Positions 25,201 to 38,619 of a stretch of DNA of 64,000 nucleotides are shown piece after piece. A program made the position numbers and the translations under genes. The notes under the pieces are model-generated. The model had not been told where the DNA came from and made no database searches. It was given only the letters and a program-made list of their open reading frames with translations. Origin of the DNA: Marsupella aquatica (taxonomy: Eukaryota > Plantae > Marchantiophyta); assembly GCA_973895155.1 (NCBI GenBank), contig OZ316892.1:29208932-29272931 (forward strand). Reading direction: 5' to 3'. How positions within the stretch are numbered: position 1 is the first letter of the stretch; each line of letters starts with the position of its first letter.

Positions 25201-28030
25201 GGACAACTTAGTAAGAGGTCACTTGTGTTTCAATAACATACTTGACCCACAGGTCCAGTTAGAAACTATCTCCTGACCAAAAAAGGGGGTGGGGTCCTTC
25301 ATTTAAGTTTACTGATAGAATGTGATAGGAGAGACCCAAAAGTCCTTTCAAAATATCATCTCAAGAGGTGGTTCAAACTTGAGCACAAGTATCCATTTTG
25401 GGGGACCCATTTCAGTCCATACAGGATTGGGAGTTATTTGGTAAGTGACCAGCAGATCTTTAAGGTTTTTCCTATATATGTATTTTTTGCAGTTTGATAC
25501 ATGTGGGAAGGAGCTAGCAATGTTCCTTATATGATTTTCTTGAATTATTTCCTGATAGCAGATCTCCCGAGAGTTAGAGGATGACTGTTAGATTCTGATT
25601 AATGGGGTAGGAGGCTAGGTAAAATACTGGCTAATGGGATACACACCTTGGTAGGGAATTTTTGGCTAATTAAGGTGGCTAAAACCTTTTGGAGAGGAGG
25701 AATGTAGGCAGCGGGTTTTGGCCACCTAAAACAAGAAAAATATACAAGTGACGTACCCCGGCTGTAGAGTCAAAGTGGTTGACTTTGTATTTTAACTAAC
25801 TCTTATTGTTGTAAAGCTCCCATACTAGCTGGACACAATTAGTTGTAATAAATGCAGTTCACTTTTTAGGCTTAACAACCTCTTATTCTTGTAAGCTCCC
25901 TTACTAGCCAGACACAATTGGTTGTAATAAATGAATGTTACGGTCCAGATAAGCAACATCAAAGAGTAGGACCCAAGGGATTATAATAATCGCCCCAAGA
26001 GCACTGGTATAACCGTATTTTTAAGGTTTTTTAATTTTTAGCCAGGGCCAATGTGGGCTTCTCTTATGGAGTAGATTCCAGGAATATTTTCTACCATACT
26101 TACCAAAATTGAATTGAATAATTATTGTCAGATAACCCCGATTTAAAGAGGACCATTAGCTTCTGGCAAATGGGTCATGATTTGGTGAAGTGGCCAAAGG
26201 TGTTAATAAAATTTAGCAAACATTAGCCGCAAGTGACAAACATTTTTGGGGAGGTGGAATTTGGCAAAAGTTTGCACTTAAAGAATAAGCTGACTGGTAC
26301 TATAAATGAGTCTTTGTGTGAGGTAGCATCTAAATTCAGTGCCTAACCAATGGTACTCCAATTCAAAGGTTAAAGACCACTTTAGGCTCATAAGGAGTCT
26401 CCTGTACTTAGCTGCCACCCCTACCTGCACCTGCTGCCCATCCTCATTTCATTTCTCAGATTTTTTCTTAGTGTCACTAGATTATGAATGAACTTCACTT
26501 TTAGATGACATAGATTAATTAATCCGTGGACCCCCATGTTCATCCAAGGAATGTTTGTGTGATTAAGTGAAATCAATTTTCATCAAGGCGGTAACCAACG
26601 GTTTTGAGTCTCCCGATGGTGTTGGCGTGTGCTCGTACAAAAACAAATGCTCAAAAGATAGAGATTAATCAAACAGAAGGTTGAATGTGGAGGAATTGAG
26701 TTTTCTTATAGGTTTTGCTTACACATTGGAGAAATAATCTTTCAACCATTCTTGATTGATTGTTTGTGAGTTACATTGAGCATATATTACCGCCACAAGA
26801 CAGACTAGAGCACAACACTCAGCTGTTGGCAAAAGAGCGCTTGTCAATATGGTGGGAAGAATGTTCACACAAAACGAACGAGCTGTCACTTCAAACAAAG
26901 GATTTGTAGTTATTTTATTTAAGAAAGCTATGGTGTGAGGGGAAGACCAACAATTGTTTCTTTGACATAGAGGCTGCATTTGGCGTCAACCTGTGTTCAG
27001 AGTGAGCTTTAGTTGAAGACTATCTAAGAGATGCAAACAATTCAAGTCGGGAAGCAAGCATTGTGGACAAGTGATGGTGACATCCCGGGTGACATAATCA
27101 AAGAAATCAATTTGTAACGGCTAAGTTTGGGACGGTGACGGGATTGTGATATCTCTTAATCGAGAAAGGGTTTCCAATGAGCCTCAAATTGACAAATTTT
27201 GTCTTGAAAGTTCCATATGAGTTTTTGAATATCTTTGCCCTTTCCAATGAGTGTTAGTATAAGAAATTTTGATTATGAGTTCATGAATTCTTTTAGCTTT
27301 CTAACCTTGAGTATGACATTTACAAATTTCATGTCAGATTTTTTCACGGTGCTCAAGAGATCAGGAGGTTTTCAATCTTTTTAGCTTTCTAATGTGTGAC
27401 ATTGAGTTTATTTGTCAAGAAATAGGGAGATCATGAGTATCTAAATTTCTCTAGCTTTCCAATGAACCTAACATTGATAGATTTTGTCAAGTACTAAGGA
27501 GATGATGAGTTTTTAATTTTACTCTAGCTTTCCAATGAGTGACATTGAGAGATTTTATCAAGACATTACTAAAGATATCACAAGTTTCTAAATCTTGATC
27601 TTGAATTTTCCAATGAATCAAACATTGGAAAATTTTATCAAGTACTAAGGAGATTTATTATTTAGTTAGTTTTACAATGTGAAGCCAAATGGGTTTTAAT
27701 TATGTACATTTCTATCGATTGATTTTTTCAAACTTGTAAACAATTAAAAAATAGAAACATTTTGACATATAACACTGATATATCTTTGACAAACATCAAA
27801 ATGGTAACTTTGTTTTACTAAATGACATCTCTTCCTTTGTATTTTGGTTTTTTTACGTTTAGTATTTACGGCATGACGCCCCCAAAATTACGTTGCTTTT
27901 GCCACAAACAGGAATGTGCACGTTTGTTATTGTTAAAAGTAGGATCAGTCCTGTTTGTGGCTAGTTGTCATGATGTGGCTCAACCTCATGGCAGAGAATT
28001 TGCAAGAGACCCCTAATGGGGGTCCGTAAA
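22218..28030. mobile_element. Old large TIR element with subterminal repeats and nested insertions
   Basis: 22218-22420 (TTTACGGACCCC...GCCATGCCGTAAA) is a diverged inverted copy of 27830-28030 (TTTACGGCATG...GGGGTCCGTAAA). Degenerate subterminal repeats lie at 22720-23010 and 27170-27660. No TSD was seen. Confidence 0.5.
24004..24403 (+). mobile_element. Solo LTR, 400 bp, copia-like
   Basis: TGTTAG...TCAACA termini with flanks CATTC and CATTT (4/5 TSD). Contains a GTGCACGTAGCC...GGTGAACCACGTA motif typical of plant copia LTRs and a 15-bp tandem TAGTTAGGCTAACC(A/G) at 24047-24125. Confidence 0.8.
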
Positions 28031-28390
28031 TAATATCAAAAGGGGCTTTTGTTAGCAAGATTCAGCCCATAGATATGTCCCATCCCATTGACGTGCTCTA
28101 TGACTCACTCAACCTTGGAGCACCTGATGACCACAATCATTTTAGGCATAGTATTTAACTTAAATTTGACATCAAGCACAGGCAAGTAAATATGGTCTAA
28201 TCAAGGCTAATCCACATAGGTTAGCCCTGCCTATAATCACACATCAAAATCTGTTAACATACCGGGTGCACTTAAACAAATTATACAGGTTTATCATGGT
28301 ATGAAGATGAAGTACACACAATATATGTCACATAGCTAGATTAGCCTCAATCTTAGCCTGGCTTGGTCCATATTCACAGATTATAATAAA

Positions 28391-28830
28391 CTAGCTAGCT
28401 CAATACCCGTGCGTTGCACAAAAGATGTCGTGACGGCCAAGATGTCATTCCCGATGTCATTGAGAACAAAAGAGGTCGTGTCGGCCAAGAGGTTGTTGAG
28501 AAGAAAGATGTTGTGTCGGCCAAGAGGTCGTTGAGAAGAAAGATGTTGTGTTGCCTAAGATGTGAGAACAAAAGATGTCGTGTTGGCCAAGATGCCGGTG
28601 ATAACAAAAGATGTCGTGTCGGCCAAGAGGTCGTTGAAAAGGAAAATGTAGTGTCGGCCAAGAAGTTGTTGAGAACAACAGATGTCATGTCTCTCATTCA
28701 AGATGTTATTAAGAAAAAAGATGTCATGTCATCTATTGTAAGGTGTCATTAAGCAAAAACAAATATTGTGTCGCCCAAGATGTTGTTGTTTTAAAAGAAA
28801 AAAGATGTGGTGTCACCCAAGATGCCATTT
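28391..28830 (-). mobile_element. Non-autonomous Helitron-like element (3' end at about 28391-28395)
   Basis: CTAGCTAGCTCAATACCCGTGCGTTGCACAAAAGATGTC is the reverse complement of hairpin+CTAG and is followed by the same minisatellite as 3285-3679. Confidence 0.75.
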
Positions 28831-29065
28831 TTGTCTTTGTATTTTTCATTTTGTAATTCCTTGAAAACCTTTAACTTCCGCACCCCCCCCCTTTTAGGCC
28901 TTTTATACTATTTTTTGGTTTGATCTTTTCTATTACATTATGTAATATTTGTAATCATTTAAACTCCTCCTAGGATATAGATTACCATGGGGTACAATGT
29001 CTAGGCATGGAGAATACTATTTCTATGCATGGGACTTCTTATGCATGGATAGTACTATACATAGA

Positions 29066-30055
29066 CTAGCTCAATACCCGTGCGTTGCACAAAAGATGTC
29101 GTGTCGCCCAAGATGTCATGTCCTCTAAGATGTCGTTAAGACAAAAAGATGATGTGTCGCCCAAGATGTTGTTAAGAACAAATATGTTGTGTCGCCCAAG
29201 ATGCCGTTAAGAAAAAAAGATGTGGTGTCGCCCAAGATGTCGTTAAGAAAGAAAATGTAGTGTTGCCCAACTGAAGATGTCACGAAGAAAAAAAATGTTG
29301 TGTCACCCAATGTGTCATTAATGAAGAAAAAATATATTGTGTCACCCAAGATATTGTTGAGAAGAAAAATGTTGTGACACCAAAGATGTACTTAAGAAAA
29401 ATGATATTGTGTCACCCAAGATGTTGTGGCACCCAATATGTCCTTAAGAAAAGAAATGCCACGTTGCCCAAGATGTCGTTAAGAGAAAAGTTGTCATTAA
29501 GTAAAAAAGACGTTGTTAAGACAAAAGTTGCACAAAAGATGGTGTGATGAGAGAAATATATTGAGGTGAGAAAAAGAAGTTGAAGTGAGAAAAAGAAGTG
29601 GAGGTGAGAAAAAGATGTCGAGGTGAACAAAGATGTTGATGAGAAAAAGAGATGTTGAGCTAAGAAAAAGAGATGGCGATGTGAGAAAAATATGTGAGGA
29701 GGAGGAAAAGATGTTGAGGGTGAGGGAAAGATGTTGTGGTGAGATAAAAATGTGAAATTGAGAAATAGGTCAGATTTCGAGGTGAAAACAAATGTCAATG
29801 ACAAAAAGAGATGTTGAGGTGAGACAAAGAAGTCAAGGTGATGTTGAGGAGAGAAAAAACATGGTGAGGTGAGAAAATGACGTTGAGGAGAGAAAATATG
29901 TTGAGGGTGAGGGAAAGATGTTGTGGTGAGAAAAGATGTCAAGTCAGGTGAGAAAATATATCAAGGACCTAAATGATGTTGAGGGTGAGAAAAAATTGTC
30001 ATGAGATAATGTCAATGTCAGAAAAAATGGCGAGATGAGAAAAATATGTCAAGGC
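29066..30055 (-). mobile_element. Non-autonomous Helitron-like element (3' end at 29066)
   Basis: A|CTAGCTCAATACCCGTGCGTTGCACAAAAGATGTC at 29065-29100, then GTCGCCCAAGATGT repeats grading into GAGGTGAGAAAA repeats. Confidence 0.75.
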
Positions 30056-31194
30056 AATATAGAGTTGTTGTGATGGTGTGCAACAACTCGTGCACTGCAC
30101 ATAGAAATCGGAGGCTGAGATAATAGTCACCGCAACATAGAGTCCAAGCACAACCAAGTGATAGAAAAAATTATTTTAAATTTTAAATTTTTAGAGAAAT
30201 TAATATCATATATACATTATTAATACTCAAGTTTTTTCAAACTTTAAAGTTCTTATCCAATTCTTTAAGTCTCAATTTGAATAATTAGTTTTTAATAATA
30301 TTCATTTTTTAAATTTTTTATCTTGGTTGGGTTGAGGTAGGTTATGGGTAGCTTGGGCAGAGGTCATCCAGATTAATAGAGATATGGATGGATCCTACAT
30401 TTAGAGAAAAACAAATTTTTACTTAAGACCTAGATTGTTCCCATTTTTTCTTGAGTTTGTAAATAATACCATATCCATTTTTAGAGGATATGGTATATCA
30501 CTTATGATACTCTTGCATACAACTGGGTTAGGTACATTTTTGTCTTTTGTTCCCACCATTAGATTCTTTTTTGTGTGAAAAGTGCATGCAACAGGGTTAG
30601 TTACATTTTTTGTTTTTTGTGTACACCAATTGATTACTGTTCGTGTGAAAAGATTTAATGTACTTTTTGGTTCACACTGTATTTAATTTGCTTTTGGTTT
30701 TATCCCTTCTATTTATTGGTTATTTCTTTTCTTGGCACTGTATTTTTGAATGACGATCACTGCATAAAAAGGTGCAACCTTGTATTATAGTTCTTGATGG
30801 TCCATAAAATACTTTATTATTGTGTATTGTCATTCCCTGACATTCCCAATTCCCAATTCCCAATTCCCCTGTAGTTCTTGCTTGGAAAATGTGTCACTCT
30901 TTATTTCACACTCAATATAATTCAATTTTGTTTTATTCTCTTGGTCTGATTTTTAATTTTTGTGCCCTGCAAATTTGAATGCCCACCACTCTAAAAAGTG
31001 GCGCAACTGTGTATTATAGGAGTTAATGAGTTACCTTCACGTGAATTTGGAGAGGGATTCCAAATTAGCAGTTCAAGCCTCGTTGAGAAATGGAGAGAGA
31101 TTGTCCAGAGGACGTTCATTTCCAGGTTTTTTTTTGGGAACGTACTTCAGCACATGAGAAATCTCGTCAGCATACTGTATATAAAATTTTGGTT

Positions 31195-31943
31195 GTCAAG
31201 TGGATCACTTTATTCGGTTCGCAAGTGTATCACTTTATGAAATTTCGGTTCTCACGTGCATCACTGTGTGAAATTTCGGTTCTCAAGTGTATCACTTTAT
31301 GAAATTTCGGTTCTCAAGTGTCTCACTGCATGAAATTCGGTTCTCAAGTGCATCACTTTATGAAATTTCGGTTTGCAAGTGTATCACTTTATGAAAAATT
31401 AGGCTGGCAAGTGTATCACATTATGAAAATTTTGGTTCTGACCTCACTTTATGAGGATGTCGAGACTTCCAATTCCAGGCCCCCAAGTTTAGAGAGGCCA
31501 GGTACCAATCTATTGAAAAGGTCTAAACAAAGTACTCTACAATGGAGTCACAGATTAAAAAGGTCCAAACAAATTATGATGGACTGACAGCAAAGGAGTA
31601 CAAACATGAAACTCAGAAGAAGTGAGCAAAAGCAAGCGCCAAGAGGATCATTCTCGAGTCACCAATCACAAGGGCAAAAGCACTTCTGAGTTTCATGTGT
31701 GTCCTCCTTTGCAGTCACTCCATCATACTTTGTTTGGACCTTTTTAATCTGTGACTCCATTGTACAGTACTTTGTTTAGACCTTTTCAATAGATTGGTAC
31801 TTCGCCTCTCTAAACTTGGGGGCCTGGAATTGGAAGTCTCGACATCCTCAAAAAGTGATACATGCAGTTGAGAACGGAAATTTTCATAATGTGATACACT
31901 TGCGAACCGAATTTTTCATAAAGTGATACACTTGAGAACCGAA
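31195..31943. repeat. Foldback: about 167-bp near-perfect inverted arms flanked by inverted 31-bp tandem repeats
   Basis: 31453-31619 is the reverse complement of 31683-31849 with few mismatches and a loop of about 63 nt. The 31-bp unit AAGTGTATCACTTTATGAAATTTCGGTTCTC occurs about 8 times on the left and about 3 times inverted on the right. Confidence 0.92.
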
Positions 31944-31984
31944 CGGTGAGCAAAAGCAAAACCCCAAAACCCCAAGTCCCCTAG

Positions 31985-31993
31985 TATATATAT
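31985..31993 (+). promoter_or_regulatory. Candidate TATA box of permease gene 2
   Basis: TATATATAT about 390 bp upstream of ATG 32379, just before the 5' region shared with gene 1 (32030-32378 resembles 9860-10205). Confidence 0.35.
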
Positions 31994-32378
31994 CACTGCC
32001 GTCGAAGTCTCGGTTCAGATAACAGGTGTCCTGCTGGTTGTCACTCCTCCAGTTCCGGCCTGATCCTCAGATTCCACCCCACCCAGATAACCAGTTCGTG
32101 ACTCTCGTGTCGTCTGCTCCTGCTCTATCCGGGTTCGTTGAGAATTGTAGGGAGACTGTCCAGAGACGATCCAGGTCTTTGGAGGGGAAGGTACTTCAGG
32201 ACAGGAATAGGCTGAGTCTGAGCACATTTCACGAACTTACTGTATGTAATTCCTCGGTGCTTGAGCATCGTGTGGAGGGCGACGGCCTGGGAGAGTCGGA
32301 GAGGGCGTTCCCATCCAAGGGACGAGCTTGGGGACCGGCATATTTGCCTGGTTGCTGGGCATTTCGGTCGTGGTGAGT

Positions 32379-35300
32379 ATGGAAGTGGAGAGTGGGAACG
32401 AGTTGAAGTATGCTGACGAGAAGGGCCTCAAGGAAACGGAACCGGAGAGAGTGAAGAATGGGGATCATGACAAGTGGTTCAAGGGCACGGATCCGCCGAG
32501 AGTGAAGGATGACGATGAGAGGAGGCTCAACGAGCTCGGGTACGTCGCGGTGTACCACCGGGAGATGAGCCCATTCCAGCAGTGGGCGTATACGTTCGAT
32601 TACACGGCGCCGCTGGGATTTGTGACTGGATACTATGGCTACATGTACTCCTATGGAGGGCCGGTCACGATTTTCTGGGGCATGCTGGCCACTTCAGTTG
32701 GTACGTTGTGCATGGCGTATGCAATGTCCGAAGTGTGCTCCGCATTCCCGACTCTTGGGAGTGTTTATTACTGGGTGGCGCAGCTGGTGCCCAAGAAGCA
32801 TGCGGCTTGGCTCTCGTGGTTCGTGGGCTGGATGTACCTCGTCGGATCCTTCTGCGGTACTGCTCTCAATGAGTATCTGCTGGCTCAGCTACTTTCCACC
32901 ATGATTCTGCTGGGATCCGGGGTTAAGCTCACCAATAGCGAGGTCCAGTTCGGAACTCTCTCTCCATCTGCCTGATCTATTCCCCATCAGACTCTTTATT
33001 CATTCATTCTCTCTCCTTGCACCGCTATTTTGGAAATCTTCTGCATTCCAGGAATCTTTACAGTACATTTCAGGACTGACGGCCCATTTGGCTCCCAGTT
33101 CGTTACTTCGTTCGTGCGTTCAGCCATTCATTCTTCTTCGACTTCGTTGTATTCCAGATGATAGTCCTCGACACAGATTGAAATGCTGTAGCTGTCTACG
33201 AAGACGCATTACGCTGAATTTCTAGCAGTCGTTTATTTTGTGAATCTCTCGATCCTTTTTGTCCTTCCTGCATTAACTTAGTTGTGGAACTGGGTATATA
33301 TATGGCTGCCGACACAAGATTTTACGTCGTTCATCTAATTTACAGGCTGATGGCCTCAGAGCCTGGAGACTGAACCATCTCAATAGACTATGCATTTGTG
33401 GACGACGGATCTGTGATCACCCAGAGATTTCCTGCTTTCACTCATAACTTGGAGCGAATGATCATTGCCATATTTCTTCAGTCACCACCTCGTTGGATTT
33501 CTCGTGGGCTACTAGTATCTAGAGCATTGTTGTCCAGATTGCAAATGGATGCTCACTTTTGCGTGTTATTGCCCATGAGCAGACCGTGGCCCTCACCGCC
33601 GGCGTTTTCTTTCTGCATTATTGGGTCTCCATTACGAACACTAGGTGGCTCGGGCGCCTGAGCACAGTCGGGGCCTGGTTCCAAATCGTGTCAATTGCAG
33701 TCATCGTCGTCATATTGCTGGCAGTCGCTCCAAAGTATCAGAGTGCCAAATTCGTCTTCACGCATTTCGTGCACGCTCCAGGTTCCGGTGTCAAGAGCCC
33801 AGTCATGGTTGTGATTCTAGGCCTGCCGTACTTCCAGTCCATCCTCACAGGTTTCGAGGTCGGAAGTCATGTAGTGGAAGAAGTTCGTGCCTCGGCCACG
33901 TCTGGACCTCGAGCAATGGTGTATACTGTGTATGCCACAGCTATCGTGGAGGTCGTCCTACTCCTGGCCATGACCTTCTGCATTCAGGTCCCTGGCAACT
34001 TGCTCAGCTCGAACACTCCAACTGGTGAGACCCCCATCTGTTTAAATTGCTCCCAATCAACTAGTTTCATGTTCGATCAGGTAGATGTTGGGTTTGGACA
34101 TAAATTCTCCGTAGACGCAAATGTTCCTCGTGGGTATATATGAATGAAAGACCTTCGGAGCTAGAGACAGTCCGGGTTGTATCTGTTGCAGTTGCCTAAA
34201 TTCAGCATCCTGTAGTGGATATGGATATTGATTGATATGATCCTTCGAAATGAGGCGATGATAAGGAGGTTCTCTAACTAGCGAGACGTCCGGACACCGG
34301 ACATTCTCAGGGTTGCCGCTCAGGGAGGGAGTTTTATTGCTTTCTATAGTTCACCTTTTCAGTGTCAATGTATATAAGTTGGGGGAATATGATCGTGTCC
34401 GTGGAATCCGTTAGCTACGTACAGGAGGTGAATACATTCTTCTTGTAGACTAAAGGCCGGTTGTTTGCTCGACTTCCACACTGTTTTTCTGAGTACAGTT
34501 TCACCTCAGAGCCAAATGCATTGGGCACACTCGCTAAATCTCTTACGGTCCAGTGGGTATTCAAATTCCTAAAAGGTTTGGTTGGTTTCAATTGAAAGCA
34601 GATTCTGGGCAAATGCGCTCCAGGACGATAACTTAAATTGGACGGTAAAAGTTGTATGTGAATCGCTCATTATCTGATTAATCGTGCAGGTGGAGGAGAT
34701 GCTTCTGCTGCAAGCCAGATTTTCTACGACGTCTTCCATGCTAGGTGGGGATATGGATCAGCCGGTTCGATCGTTTTCACTGGACTGGCAGCCATGTCTC
34801 TCTTCTTTGGCAACATCACCAATGTCACTCTCACAGCAAGAATGGTTAGTGCTCAGCTCTACCCAAATTCCGTTCTAGTTTGCCTAAAACGGCCGGGAAA
34901 CCATATATGTAAGCATAAATTCTCCGAAACAGCGATTACGCTAGAGGAGATATGTCGGCTAAGCATATGAAAAACTGAAATTAAATGTAGAGGAGATAGT
35001 CCCCTAATGAAGAAGGACGAACGCTTGACAATGCTAGCCACTTCGATTACATTCTTTAATTTCCGAAAGCATTGCTTCCTTGAAACGTGATGATGGAGGG
35101 AGCTGGCATTCTCAAGGCTTTCGAAGCTCCTCTGACCATAATATATGCATCATGGCTCGATGATGGTTCAAGCAAGCCCCGTTTCCAAAACTCTAGTGTC
35201 CATTAGCATCAAAGACCACATCGATTTCTGCAGCCAAGACATCCCAATGCATTCCAATTATAAGACCAGAGTACGTTTGGGAAATACGAATTTTGAAATC

Positions 35301-36020
35301 CAACGAATTTTGTTAGAGTGTCAGCTTCGATGTTATGTGACGCCTACGCGGTTGCGCGTAGACTCGGTATTTTTGGCTATTTGATCGCGGATGTATCTCA
35401 CTGAAGACTGAAAATGTCCTGTCCGATGACAATGATGTAGCTGACAATTCAATTTCTTTTGGACGCGCGGTACGCAGGCTTACGCGATGGCAAGAGACGA
35501 GGGCCTCCCAGGCTTCAAATATCTCGTTAGGCTGAGAGAGCCAGACAAGATCCCAATCATAGCAACCATTGTGACAGTGGTAGGATCCTTCATCTGCACT
35601 CTCCCTGCGCTTGGTAGCAGCGTGGCCTTCACTGCCATCACCGCAATGTCCACAATCACTGCCTACGGACCATACACTACGGTGCTGGTTGTGAGGTACT
35701 TGTACAACAACAATTTCGTCCATGGGCCATTTTCGCTGGGGAGATGGGGGCCACTGGTCAGCGGATGGGGAGCATTCTGGGGCGGATTGATGTGCATTTT
35801 CTTCTGCTTGCCTCCGTTGTATCCCATCACTGCGCGGACCTTGAACTATGCCCCAATCACCCTCTGCGGCTGCCTTTTCGCCGGCATAATTTACTGGTTT
35901 TGGAGCGGGAGGAAAACCTTCCACGGGCCGAAACGCACGATCGAGGTCGACGACAAACTGGACATTCTACCTGAGGACACGAGAGTGCACACAGTTACTG
36001 CTAGCAATGGTCAAGCGTAG
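32379..36020 (+). CDS. Amino-acid permease paralog 2, ACT (BAT1/GABA-permease-like) family, about 567 aa, 4 exons
   Basis: Exons 32379-32942, 33583-34024, 34690-34844 and 35478-36020. Exons 1-3 have the same lengths as in gene 1 (564, 442, 155 nt), introns are GT-AG and the frame is open. Confidence 0.92.
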
Positions 36021-38619
36021 GATGATCTTGCATGATGATTCAACCCGCTTCGACCTACATTGCGAGCTAGAAATGGTGCAGCTCTCAAACTTCGGTCCGT
36101 CTGATTAACGATGGTGCCAATGTTTCCGGCTAGTAGCGGATCGAGGCTGGCAAGTTATGTACATCGTTCGCACTCCGTCAAAGTTGTGTAGCAGTGGCCT
36201 GGCACTATTCAGGCTTAATTACATCTCCTGCATATATAGCCACCAGGGCATCAAGCAACAAAACATCGGGCAAAACTTCAGCCGAGAAGTTGCATTTTCA
36301 GGGCCTTTGCAGTAGCACTTCAAAGGACAAATTCAACACTGCAAGGCTCCGCAGACCATATCTAGTGCGTGCTAACAGTTTTAGATAACGAATTCAGATC
36401 TCCGGAGGAAGTTTGCAAGGTACTTAATTAGGTTGGATGTGGTTCCTGGCTACTCCTGGCATTCTCCTCTGTTTGGGCGGATGATCTTGTCATTCTGTAA
36501 CGTACTTAATTACTGGGCTTTACGGTATAAAGATAGGTGAGTGGCCGCAAGTGGCTGTGCTCACCTTAGTTCAGTTCGAGATGTATTCAATTCACTATAT
36601 AAACGAATTCAGCAAGGTCCGGGCACTCCATTCCACATGATCTCATGATCTCATATTCTCGTGAATGCGTTTTCAAGTCATCATATATTTACGTACCTGG
36701 GCACTAACTTGAATTGATTATTACGCGGTCGGAAACACGAAGAGGAAACGTTCGGATGTCATGATCGACCGCTCACAACAGTAGGTCAAACATTCAAGGT
36801 TCCCTTCAAGGTCTCTAGATCGATCGTCCGCAGTTTTGGAAGAGACGGATGGACCGAAAAGCGCAGCTACTGTAAGGGCCCGGTTGACATTGGTAAAAGA
36901 AAATTGACATCGAAAATTTATTCGGGGCTCCAGCTATACCAAGCTAGCACCCACCCACATACTCCGGACTTTGCTCTGGGTATCTGCAGGAAGTTGAACT
37001 ACAGTGCAGCTACGAGACAACGGTCTGAAAGTATCTTGAGCTGGAAGTTCCATATGTTGGGACACAATTATTTCTATATACTGACTTCTCAGCGAATCGA
37101 AGAGGGTGACCCGAAAACTACTATAACTATCTTTGAAGAAACCGAAACTCTAGTACAAATGAATGGACGGTGAATTCAAGGGTTTAAGAGTCAGCATGGC
37201 TTCGGTAATTATATTGTCGTGTCGCAGTTTGAAAATCTACTATCCGGTCACGAGTCCACGTACCACAGGTCACCCGCTGAGCAAGCATCCCTGCCCAACT
37301 CTCGAGCGGTGTCGGAAGGGAAAAGAGAAAGTGATTGAACCTGATGCCGCCCTACACGACTACTCGGGCACCACGTCGACTACACTTACTCCTGGATACC
37401 CCCAGGGCCCTTCCTCACCTTGTATCTCATCTCAATTCTCACCGTGCATGTAAAACACGAAGCAAAAATTGAATACAGTAGCTGGACATAGTCAACAGAC
37501 CAGGTCCAGACGGAAAATCTTGGCATCATTCTGCCATGGCCATGGTGTTCTTTCGAATAAAAAATGCCGGTCATATATTTATACCAGGGACAAACACCGT
37601 GAGTTGCATTTCCTTGTACAAGTCTAGTTTGGCGATGCCCCAAGTTCTCAGCTCGGCAAGGTCGAGATTATCAGGTTCAATTCCCCCTCACCGGGTGTTG
37701 GTGAGGGTAAGTATGTGGATTAAAACAAAACTCGCCCAGACGCCCAATTTCCTCACTTGTTCAGATTGGAGCATGGTGCAAAGCTTCCACATCTCACACT
37801 CCAGCTAGAACGCCGTACGTTGTTGTCCTCTGCTTCGCTTAGCCTGAAAATAATTAACTATGATTGGACCCTGACTAGACACTCCCGAAAAAAATTCTAA
37901 GCGAGTTTTGTCATGTCACTTCGAACTCTGGAGAGTTTGCAGAGGCTTAGGAGCTAACTTTGATCGATGGATTGAAAATGTACGCATGATTAATTTAAGG
38001 GTAGAGTAGGATTCTGCTGGTGGATCTACTGTACAGAAACTGCATATTGCGCCCAGGGCTAGCTAACCAATGAGCCAATTTGATATACAATGTACTGATC
38101 CATACTATCAAATTGAAGCCAAGGATATGGATTTGGATTCGTTGCTCGAAAGCTTGAAAAAGTGTCAGCGTCAAGCTGGCGTTCTCAGACGTTTTGCACG
38201 CATTGTTGAGTATTGAATCGGACATGGACCTCAATTTCACCCAATTTATGACATGTAAACCAAGGTAGTGTTTAGATGTAGAACTGCCATGTCTTTGCGT
38301 CCCGTATTTTTTGTCTAATCGATGCAACCGAATCCTGTAGCGACTTAATGACACCTTATTACATAGCTACTCAATCAAGGCGAAGTGAGAGAACAAGTTA
38401 GTCTAAACCTACCTATATACTAGACGAGATCATTTCACCCATACTGTAGATTGAGAGCTGTCGCGCGGCCAGTCAAGCTTCGTAGTTCATTACACCCAGA
38501 CGAGATGGTTTCACGCACACTGTAGACTGAGAGCTGTCGGTCAGTCAAGCTCCGCAGTTCATAATTAACAACCAGATTGCCACCGAGACGAACAATAGTT
38601 TGGGTAACTGTCCGAAACA

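Noticed and set aside
28395-29942. Low-complexity ORFs of 73-176 aa
   Set aside because: Translations of the Helitron-associated minisatellite.
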